Origin: Schizochytrium sp. TIO01
Taxonomy: Eukaryota; Protista; Bigyra: Labyrinthulomycetes
Direction: 5' to 3'
NCBI GenBank assembly: GCA_004764695.1
Contig: SMSO01000031.1
Span: forward strand, 968,436-1,032,435
DNA: 64,000 bases
Every line of letters begins with the position of its first letter. Position 1 is the stretch's first letter. Both the position numbers and the translations under genes were made by a program. Shown here one piece after another: positions 24,272 to 35,400 of this stretch. Under the pieces are notes generated by a model. It was not told where the DNA came from and made no database searches. It worked only from the letters and a program-made list of their open reading frames with translations.

Positions 24272-25722
24272 CTTGCTAGATCTTCGAGCAGCGGCCTGCA
24301 TCCAAACCAAGTTGCGAACCTCGAGCCTGTTGCGGGATTTGCAGCCTTTTAGAGGTGAATGGAGACTTTCTGCTCAATCTTATCGTCGTCGTCGCCTTCT
24401 CAGCCACTGCATAGGAGTTCTTCAACAACTAGGTAACCATCACCTACAAGATACTATAGGAGCTGCGTAGGTACACCATCGTCATTGGTCATCTCATTTA
24501 ATTGACGATGCTGATGGCGGCTCTTGCATCGAAGACAGCTTGAAAGCAGCTGCTGCAGAAAAGCAAGGCAAGCAAAGACGCAGCCGAGGGTGCGGAACGA
24601 TCACAGACAGCGCTGCCAGAAATTGGGTGATGGAGTAGAGCGAAGAACGATCCTAGATCGTGCGCACAAAGCCTTCACTTAAGTTGGGGAGCGGGTGATG
24701 GCTGAGGCCATGGATGCCTGAGTTGCTGCTCTGTTGCTGACCTGAGACACGCATCGGCAAAGAATCAGGCACTCTTGGTGAGATTTATCCCAGTGATGCA
24801 CTCGCCATTGGCTGGTCCTTTGTGATTAGTGGCGTGGATTTGCCTGCGAGGATGACTGGGTCAAAGGTCACAACAGCCGAGCGTCTAAAATAATCGGAGA
24901 GCCAATTCCAATTAGCACTGTGTCCGCCACATCTCAAAACCTCGATCAAAAGGACTGTACCCTATTACAAAGAATGGGCTTTCGTTGCAAATTGCATTGA
25001 GCTTTTATTCGATGACGTAGAACAGAATACCCTTTGGAGCGCAGCACTTAATAGTCTCAGTCGTTCTTCAAGCGAAATGAACTCCAAGTCGGGACGTTCG
25101 CCAGTTCGGCACCGATCCGTCCATCTGAGAACATATTCTCGAGTTTATATTGAAGTAGTTGGTTGGTCAAAGCACCCTTTGAAGGATGTCTTCCCTTGAA
25201 AAACAAAAAAAGTTGCTGCCGTTACAACAATTGAATTCGCCGCTGGAAGCATCATTTTTGATTTTAAAATGTTTTTCATTAAACTTGAAATAACAATAGT
25301 AAAAATGAGTAGCGTAATAATCATAATGATATATTTTTTCGTTTTCATTTTCGTTTTAGTGAATGCATTAATTTAAAAACAAAATGATATTAAAAAAAAT
25401 TAAAAAATCTTTATACCTGGACCTAATATAATTAATTAATAATGTATTTGTATGCCTATCTATACATGGGTATATTATGTTCATGAAACTTTCTAATTGC
25501 AGCCGTTACACCTCGCGCTATGAGATTCAAGGGCACTGCTGGGAGACGCAACTAAAATAACCTGGGTTTCATAGCTCTCACGAAACCAAAACGGCCCAAA
25601 GGATTGAACAATTCATGCCATGCTGGGTAATCTTCTCGGATAGCGTCTCTATTATCGCAGGGTATAGATAGCTACGCAACTGATAGTAAGAAATATCTCT
25701 TTGCCAGCCAACGAAGATTTCA

Positions 25723-25778
25723 ATTTATATTTATTTATATTTATTTATATTTATTTATTTATTTATTTATTTATTTAT
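25723..25778. repeat. (TTTA/TTTATA)n microsatellite
   Basis: Seen directly upstream of the LRR gene. Confidence 0.85.
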
Positions 25779-26424
25779 TTTAAATGGGCTTATCCTTTTC
25801 TTTAATAGACTGGGTAATGTAATCAGGGTTTCTAAAGATCAGGGAGCGATCTTGGGAGATGAGCAATTCCTTCAGCTTGAGTATTTACCCTAGCTAAAGT
25901 ATTTTAAGGAGCAGTCTCTGACACCCTCTCACGAGTCACAAGTCAAAATGAGGTTGAATCTCTCAGCTCCAAGGTGTGTAAAGTTCAAAACAATCACTCA
26001 CTGTGTCTGAGAGTGCTTTTTATACCTCCTGTTCATGCGGATAGAATTGAACATCATGATTGATTTATTGATTGATTTACCTACTAGGTACTGGTAATAA
26101 CCTGTATAAAGAAATCAGGTAGCTGTACGGGTAATAGGGACCTACTACCATAGTAGTAAAATGCAATCTCCAATAACTGCAAAGCTGTATCTTCAGTCGA
26201 TCCACGCGCGATCAACGAAGTGAGGCGAAGACGGACGAAGGCTAGAGCACTGCCCTACGTACGAGCACTAGCGCGTTTTACAAGACCACTTGCGAGTCGC
26301 GCGGGGTTAGTACACGCCTCAGCTCCTGTCCAGCACAGCAAGCTCGCTCAACTTGAGAGCGGCGAAGCAGAGCACCGATATAGACTGTGAAAGCGAGCTT
26401 GCTTAAAGTAAGATCCGCAACAAA

Positions 26425-29400
26425 ATGGCCAAGGCTGAAAGTGTCGAGGCCATCAACAGCGACACTACGGACGTCGAGTAAGTTTGTAGCACCATATAGA
26501 GAACCCGGATCGAGGCATGCGTGCTTCATTATTTCCAAAGCAATTTTGTTAACTGAACTATTTCTTTCATGCGACAAGCACAGACTTTCGGGGAAGAATA
26601 TTAGTGACAAAGACGTTAAGGCAATTGCAAAAGCGCTCAAAGGCTGCAAGAGTCTAAGAAAAATCAAGTAAGTTTCATTGAAAAACAGCTGAAAGAAGAA
26701 AGAAGAAAGGACAGAGTTAGCGACAAAATAACTATTTAGAAGGAGAATTATCAAATATTTGATGCAAAATTAGAAAAACTTCCATACACGAAAACGATGT
26801 TATTTCCAATCATTCAGATAGATCATGTCAAGTCATGATCAATTGAACCAATGCCATTTCGTGGCATACGAGTGATCAACATGAACAGCAATTAACTGAC
26901 TTATGTCTAAACCACATACATAGTCTTTCGAGTAATGACATCGGTGATGAAGGCGTAATGGCCATCACCAGGAGCGTAAAGTGCTGCAAGAATCTTACCA
27001 GTTTACTGTACGTTTTACTGTGTACACGTGCACAGTTCTTGTATTGATAATTTTGTTGGGAAAAGAAGAAGTCGGAATTAAGTCCGCAAGATGTTATATT
27101 TTCCTCACCCAAATCTCGAACCACGCAATTACACAACATCAAAAATATCAGAATGATCGTTTTCAATGAAATTGATGCGAACAAATAACAAGGAACGATG
27201 CATGCAAAAGAACAGTTGTTTGAACACTATTCCCAGATTTTTATAAGCTTTCAACTACTGACATATATGTTGACAACGAATTTGGGCCATGCACACAGCC
27301 TTCAGAATAACAACATTGGTGATGAAGGTGCGGTGGCTCTCGCGAAGGCACTTGCGCAGAGTCCAAACCTGACCATATTGAGGTACGTTAGATGCATGCA
27401 AAAAGGCCACCGGTTAGCTTGCTGTGTTACACAATGACTGAATCAGAGCGGGAAGCAACTAGTTTTCCACTCTATTGAGCTCCGAACTTTGTGAAGGTCC
27501 AGAATATTTAGATCCATTCATAGGGAGTATATTATAATGAAACCGAATCACGATGTGAGGTGGAGTTGTGATATGGAGAGGCTCGCACACGTTCGCAATT
27601 GAGAAGAGTTGACTGACACACGTTTTTATATATTGACAACGGATTTGGGTCATTCACACAGTCTTCAGAATAACAACATTGGTGATGAAGGTGCGATGGC
27701 TCTCGCGAAGGCACTTGCGCAGTGTCCTAAACTGACCATTTTGGAGTACGTTAGATGCATGCAAAAATGCCACCGGTTAGCTTGCTGTGTTACACAATGA
27801 TTGAATTAGAGCGGGAAGCAACTTGTTTCCTGCTCTATTGAGCTCCGAACTTTGTGAAGGTGCAGAATATTTGGATCCATTCATAGGGAGTACATTATAA
27901 TGAAACCAAATCACGATGTGAGGTGGAATTGTGATATGGAGAGGCTCGCACACGTTCGCAATTGAGAAGAGTTGACTGACACACGTTTTTATATATTGAC
28001 AACGGATTTGGGTCATTCACACAGTCTTCAGAATAACAACATTGGTGATGAAGGTGCGATGGCTCTCGCGAAGGCACTTGAGCAGTGTCCTAAACTGACC
28101 ATTTTGGGGTACGTTAGATGCATGCAAAAAGACCACCGGTTAGCTTGCTGTGTTACACAATGATTGAATCAAAGCGGGAAGCAACTTGTCTCCTGCTCTA
28201 TTGAGCTCCGAATTTTGTGAAGGTGCAGAATATTTAGATCCATTCATAGGGAGTACATTATAATGAAACCAAATCACGATGTGAGGTGGAGTTGTGATAT
28301 GGAGAGGCTCACACACGTTCGCAATTGAGAAGAGTTGACTGACACACGTTTTTATATATTGACAACGGATTTGGACCATGCACACAGTCTTGCTAATAAC
28401 AAGATTGGTGATGAAGGTGCGGTGGCTCTCGCGAAGGCACTTGCGCAGTGTCCTAAACTGACCATTTTGGAGTACGTTAGATGCATGCAAAAATGCCACC
28501 GGTTAGCTTGCTGTGTTACACAATGATTGAATTAGAGCGGGAAGCAACTTGTTTCCTGCTCTATTGAGCTCCGAACTTTGTGAAGGTGCAGAATAATTGG
28601 ATCCATTCATAGGGAGTACATTATAATGAAACCGAATCACGATGTGAGGTGGAGTTGTGATATGGAGAGGCTCACACACATTGACTGACACACATTTTTA
28701 TATATTGACAACCAATTTGGACCATGCACGCAGTCTTGGTAATAACAAGATTGGTGATGAAGGTGCGATGGCTCTCGCGAAGGCACTTGCGCAGTGTCCA
28801 AACCTGACCATATTGAGGTACGTTAGATGCATGCAAAAATGCCACCGGTTAGCTTGCTGTGTTACACAATGACTGAATCAGAGCGGGAAGCAACTTGTTT
28901 CCTGTTCTATTGAGCTCCGAACTTTGTGAAGGTGCAGAATATTTGGATCTATTCATAGGGAGTACATTATAATGAAACCGAACCACGATGTGAGGTGGAG
29001 TTGTGATATGGAGAGGCTCACCCACGTTCGCAATTGAGAAGAGTTGACTGACACACGTTTTAATATATTCGTTGGGCCATGCACACAGTCTTGCTAATAA
29101 CAAGATTGGTGATGAAGGTGCGGTGGCTCTCGCGAAGGCACTTGAGCAGTGTACAAACCTGACCAATTTGTAGTACGTTTGATACAAGCGATAAGGCAAC
29201 CGGTTAGGTTGCTGTGTTATACAGTGATTGAATCACAGCGGGAACAACTAGTTTCCTGCTCTATTGAGCTCCGAATTTTGTGAAGGTGCAGAATATTTAG
29301 ATCCATTCATAGGGAGTACATTATAATGAAACCGAATCACGATGTGAGGTGGAGTTGTGATATGGAGAGGCTCACACACATTGACTGACACACATTTTTA

Positions 29401-32400
29401 TATATTGACAACCAATTTGGACCATGCACGCAGTCTTGGTAATAACAAGATTGGTGATGAAGGTGCGATGGCTCTCGCGAAGGCACTTGCGCAGTGTCCA
29501 AACCTGACCATATTGAGGTACGTTAGATGCATGCAAAAATGCCACCGGTTAGCTTGCTGTGTTACACAATGACTGAATCAGAGCGGGAAGCAACTTGTTT
29601 CCTGTTCTATTGAGCTCCGAACTTTGTGAAGGTGCAGAATATTTGGATCCATTCATAGGGAGTACATTATAATGAAACCGAACCACGATGTGAGGTGGAG
29701 TTGTGATATGGAGAGGCTCACCCACGTTCGCAATTGAGAAGAGTTGACTGACACACGTTTTAATATATTCGTTGGGCCATGCACACAGTCTTGCTAATAA
29801 CAAGATCGGTGATGAAGGTGCGGTGGCTCTCGCGAAGGCACTTGAGCAGTGTACAAACCTGACCAATTTGTAGTACGTTTGATACAAGCGATAAGGCAAC
29901 CGGTTAGGTTGCTGTGTTATACAGTGATTGAATCAAAGCGGGAACAACTAGTTTCCTGATCTATTCAGCTCCGAACTTTGTGAAGGTGCAGAATATTTGG
30001 ATCTATTCATAGGGAGTACATTATATATGAAACCGAACCACGATGTGAGGTGGAGTTGTGATATGGAGAGGCTCAGAACGTTCGCAATTGAGAAGAGTTG
30101 ACTGACACACGTTTTAATATATTTGTTGGGCCATGCACACAGTCTTGCTAATAACAAGATCGGTGATGAAGGTGCGATGGCTCTCGCGAAGGCACTTGCG
30201 CAGTGTACAAACCTGACCGATTTGTAGTACGTTTGATGCAAGCGAAAAGGCAACCGATTAACTTGCTGTGTTATAGAGCGATTGAACCAAAACGGGAAGC
30301 AACTAGTTTTCTACTGTATTGAGCTCCGAACTTTGTGAAGGTGCAGAATAATTGGATCCATTCATAGGGAGTACATTATAATGAAACCGAATCACGATGT
30401 GAGGCGGAGTAGTGATATTGAAAGGCTCACAAACGTTCACAATTGAGAAGAGTTGACTGACACAAACTTTTATATTTTGACAACGGATTTGGGCCATGCA
30501 CACAGTCTTGCTAATAACAACATTGATGATGAAGGTGCGATGGCTCTCGCGAAGGCACTTGCGCAGTGTCCTAACCTGACCATTTTGGGGTACGTTAGAT
30601 GCATGCAAAAATGCCACCGGTTAGCTTGCTGTGTTACACAATGATTGAATCAAAGCGGGAAGCAACTTGTTTCCTGCTCTATTGAGCTCCGAATTTTGTG
30701 AAGGTGCAGAATATTTGGATCCATTCATAGGGAGTACATTATAATGAAACCAAATCACGATGTGAGGTGGAGTTGTGATATGGAGAAGCTCACACACGTT
30801 CGCAATTGAGAAGAGTTGACTGACACACGTTTTTATATATTGACAACGGATTTGGACCATGCACACAGTCTTCAGGATAACCACATTGGTGATGAAGGTG
30901 CGATGGTTCTCGCGAAGGCACTTGCGCAGTGTCCAAACTTGACCATATTGAGGTACGTTAGATGCATGCAAAAATGCCACAGGTTAGCTTGCTGTGTTAC
31001 ACAATGATTGAATCAGAGCGGGAAGCAACTAGTTTTCTACTCTTTTGAGATCCGAACTTTGTGAAGGTGCAGAATATTTGGATCTATTCATAGGGAGTAC
31101 ATTATATATGAAACCGAACCACGATGTGAGGTGGAGTTGTGATATGGAGAGGCTCAGCACGTTCGCAATTGAGAAGAGTTGACTGACACACGTTTTAATA
31201 TATTTGTTGGGCCATGCACACAGTCTTGCTAATAACAAGATTGGTGATGAAGGTGCGGTGGCTCTCGCGAAGGCAATTGAGCAGTGTACAAACCTGACCG
31301 ATTTGTAGTACGTTTGATGCAAGCGAAAAGGCAACCGATGAACTTGCTGTGTTATAGAGCGATTGAACTAAAACGGGAAGCAACTAGTTTTCTACTGTAT
31401 TGAGCTCCGAACTTTGTGAAGGTGCAGAATATTTGGATCCATTCATAGGGAGTACATTATAATGAAACCGAACCACGATGTGAGGTGGAGTTGTGATGTG
31501 GAGAGGCTCAGCACGTTCACAATTGAGAAGAGTTGACTGACACACGTTTTTATATATACGTTGGGCCGCACACAGTCTTCAGAATAACAACACTGGTGAT
31601 GAAGGTGCGATGGATCTCGCGAAGGCACTTGCGCAGTGTCCTAACCTGACCATTTTGGGGTACGTTAGATGCATGCAAAAATGCCACCGGTTAGCTTGCT
31701 GTGTTACACAATGATTGAATCAAAGCGGGAAGCAACTGGTTTCCTGATCTATTGAGCTCCGGACTTTGTGAAGGTGCAGAATATTTGGATCCATTCATAG
31801 GGAGTACATTATAATGAAACCGAACCACGATGTGAGGTGGAGTTGTGATGTGGAGAGGCTCAGCACGTTCGCAATTGAGAAGAGTTGACTGACACACGTT
31901 TTAATATATTTGTTGGGCCATGCACACAGTCTTGCTAATAACAAGATCGGTGATGAAGGTGCGGTGGCTCTCGCGAAGGCACTTGAGCAGTGTACAAACC
32001 TGACCGATTTGTAGTACGTTTGATGCAGGCGAAAAAGCAACCGATTAACTTGCTGTGTTATAGAGCGATTGAACCAAAACGAGAAGCAACTATACTGTAT
32101 TGAGCTCCGAACTTTGTGAAGGTGCAGAATATTTGGATCCATTCATAGGGAGTACATTATAATGAAACCGAACCACAATGTGAGGTGGAGTTGTGATGTG
32201 GAGAGGCTCAGAACGTTCGCAATTGAGAAGAGTTGACTGACACAAACTTTTATATTTTGACAACGGATTTGGGCCATGCACACAGTCTTGCTAATAACAA
32301 CATTGGTGATGAAGGTGCGATGGCTCTCGCGAAGGCAATTGAGCAGTGTACAAACCTGACCGATTTGTAGTACGTTTGATGCAAGCGAAAAGGCAACCGA

Positions 32401-35400
32401 TTAACTTGCTGTGTTATAGAGCGATTGAACTTAAACGGGAAGCAACTAGTTTTCTACTGTATTGAGCTCCGAACTTTGTGAAGGTGCAGAATATTTGGAT
32501 CTATTCATAGGGAGTACATTATAATGAAACCGAACCACGATGTGAGGTGGAGTTGTGATGTGGAGAGGCTCAGCACGTTCGCAATTGAGAAGAGTTGACT
32601 GACACACGTTTTAATATATTCGTTGGGCCATGCACACAGTCTTGCTAATAACAAGATCGGTGATGAAGGTGCGGTGGCTCTCGCGAAGGCACTTGAGCAG
32701 TGTACAAACCTGACCGATTTGTAGTACGTTTGATGCAGGCGAAAAAGCAACCGATTAACTTGCTGTGTTATAGAGCGATTGAACCAAAACGAGAAGCAAC
32801 TATACTGTATTGAGCTCCGAACTTTGTGAAGGTACAGAATATTTGGATCCATTCATAGGGAGTACATTATAATGAAACCGAATCACGATGCGAGGCGGAG
32901 TTGTGATATGGAGAGGCTCACACACGTTCGCAATTGAGAAGAGTTGACTGACACACGTTTTTATATTTTGACAACGGATTTGGGCCATGCACACAGTCTT
33001 GCTAATAACAACATTGGTGATGAAGGTGCGATGGCTCTCGCGAAGGCACTTGCGCAGTGTCCAAACCTGACCATATTGAGGTACGTTAGATGCATGCAAA
33101 AATGCCACCGGTTAGCTTGCTGTGTTACACAATGATTGAATTAGAGCGGGAAGCAACTTGTTTCCTGCTCTATTGAGCTCCGAACTTTGTGAAGGTGCAG
33201 AATATTTTGACCCATTCGTAGGGAGTATATTATAATGAAACCGAACCACGATGTGAGGTGGAGTTGTGATATGGAGAGGCTCACAACGTTCGCAATTGAG
33301 AAGAGTTGACTGACACACGTTTTTATATATTGACAACGGATTTGGGCCATGCATACAGTCTTCAGAATAACCACATTGGTGATGAAGGCACTTTGTTACT
33401 TACGAAGGCGCTTCAGAGCTGCAAATGGCTTGCAAAATTGGAGTAAGTATTTTTGGTATAGTTGTGAGAATAATATTTGATTTCGTAGAACCAAAAGAAG
33501 AGAGGGCAAGGATAAAGACAAGTTCCTGTATCGAATGAACTTTGAATTGATCTCCCGAATGACCAGGTGCTCAAATGCCAAAAGGTGCTCATAGAGATTA
33601 AATCATGCGAATCAATTTGTATGGATTAGCGAAGAGAGATTATGCGATTGACGTAGATAGCAGGCGACTGACGTATATCTGGAGCATGAACGATCATTAA
33701 CTGACGAACTTGTGAACAATGAACGAGCGGTATGTGTACAGCCTTATGGGTAACAAGATTTGTGCTGAAGTCGCCATGAGTCTTGCGGAGAAGTTGCACA
33801 TATCATGCCCTTCCGTGCGAATCTCGTAAGTTCTATTTATTGTATTATCTCTATCGCTCTGTGCCTCGTCTCGCTATTGTCATGTTTGCCCTGTGAAACT
33901 CAGAGTCTCGAAGATTATTTAATAGACTATCAAACAATGGTTTCTAACAGATGATCTGATTATTGTATTGGTGTATTGTAGGTGTGACTTTGGTGAAAAT
34001 TTAATCCCCAAGGAGTTGATGGCGAAGGTGGACAGTCTTGAAGATAAACTGTATATTTCAGACAGTTCTTCCTGTGTCTCAAAACTGGAGAGGTCAGCTG
34101 CAACTTCTTTGGAGCCCAGGAACAAGAAAAGTGTAGTCAACGCTGTGCTAAAGCCTTGTGATCTAGGTGAAGGTGCTGTGTAAGTTCATTGTGTAGTTGG
34201 ATGAGGTTTAGGCGATTCAATCAACCATGTCTTATTTAATTGTTCTGAACATGGGTTCCTAACTTTCTCGTTTGCTGTTGCTGCCATCGGTCACTCCTGC
34301 AGAAAAAGACTGCTTGATACAACCAGCGTAACTTTTGCTAATGTTGCACAGCTTGCCAAGGAAGCCTCAGAGTTGCGGATGAAACTTTATAAGCCTGAAG
34401 AAGTCTTTCTGCGTGCTGAAATTGAGCTGCTTGAGGAGTTCTCAGCACATGGAATCCAAAAGTACGTTGGACAGGTGAAGCTACGGAGCACTTTCGGTGA
34501 CATTATAAGTCTCAAAGCACGTTTAGAGGACCTCCAAAGGAAAATTCGCGAAAGCCCTCCGAACAGTTACTATGATCCAACCAATGGTCGAATTACAGAG
34601 TTAGGGCCAATGAAATTGCGAAAAACTTCTGGGGATGTAAAGAGTGCAAAGGATTCTTTAGAGGCTATTCAAAGCAAGAATCACAACAGCTCTCAAAAGG
34701 GTTTACACTGTCTTGTTGAGGAGCGAGACAAAGTTAGGAATTCCTTGCGATCGCTCGTCCAACACCTGTACCCTTGGGTGCGTGAAGGCCTATATGAAAT
34801 TGATGAGGCTGTTGCCCACACATTTAAAGTGAAACTTGGTAACAGGTTAACTCATTTGGGCATAAATGATTCACCAGTCGTTCAGCACGAATGCACTGAT
34901 GATTTCCAGCAGTTTCAATTGCTTGCTACTCAGGCTGGCAAGTGTGTTGAAAGCTATAAATTGAGGCTGGATCAAGAGGTTCGACTTTCCGAACAGCGAA
35001 GCAAGCAAGCAGTTGAAAGAGTCAAGGAGCGGATAACTCAGTTGGGGCTTGGTGATGCATTTTCCGTTGCCTATTTTCAGCCTGAAAAGGCAGAAGAATT
35101 GAAACCTGAGTTGTTGGAACTTCAGAATGCTCTCAAAGAAGAAATACAGGTTTTAAGAGTAGATACATCGAATGAAGAAGTGCCAAAGATTCTGCAGGCT
35201 ATCAGCTCAGCTCTTCATCGTATAGAAAGCACGGTCGGAAACGCAACGTTTGATGAAACAACCTGTACAATTTCACCGAAAGAAATCGATGAGATACATG
35301 AGTACGTGCGTTTGGGCTCAAATCGACCGAATGTCTCAAGCATCAAGCAGATATACGAGAATCTTGAGAAATCGCGAAATGCAAAGGATGGTTTACGCAG

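Noticed and set aside
23609-24352. 247-aa plus-strand ORF overlapping ITPA
   Set aside because: Antisense shadow of a well-conserved gene; non-ATG start.
27383-27661. Several 6-bp palindromes per unit (ATGCAT, ACCGGT, ACTAGT, GAGCTC, TTATAA, CAATTG) as recombination signals
   Set aside because: About 5-6 hexamer palindromes are expected by chance in ~360 bp; no heptamer/nonamer-like or long inverted-repeat arrangement was seen.
27198-33374. The many 60-119-aa ORFs on both strands in the array (e.g. MTDTRFYIL..., ...PMNGSKYSAPSQ...)
   Set aside because: They are read-throughs of intron+exon or antisense frames that recur only because the DNA is repeated.
27255-33390. Array read as a CRISPR locus or non-coding satellite
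   Set aside because: Units are ~350 bp with near-identical 'spacers', carry GT-AG splice signals and in-frame LRR exons; there are no cas genes and the context is eukaryotic.
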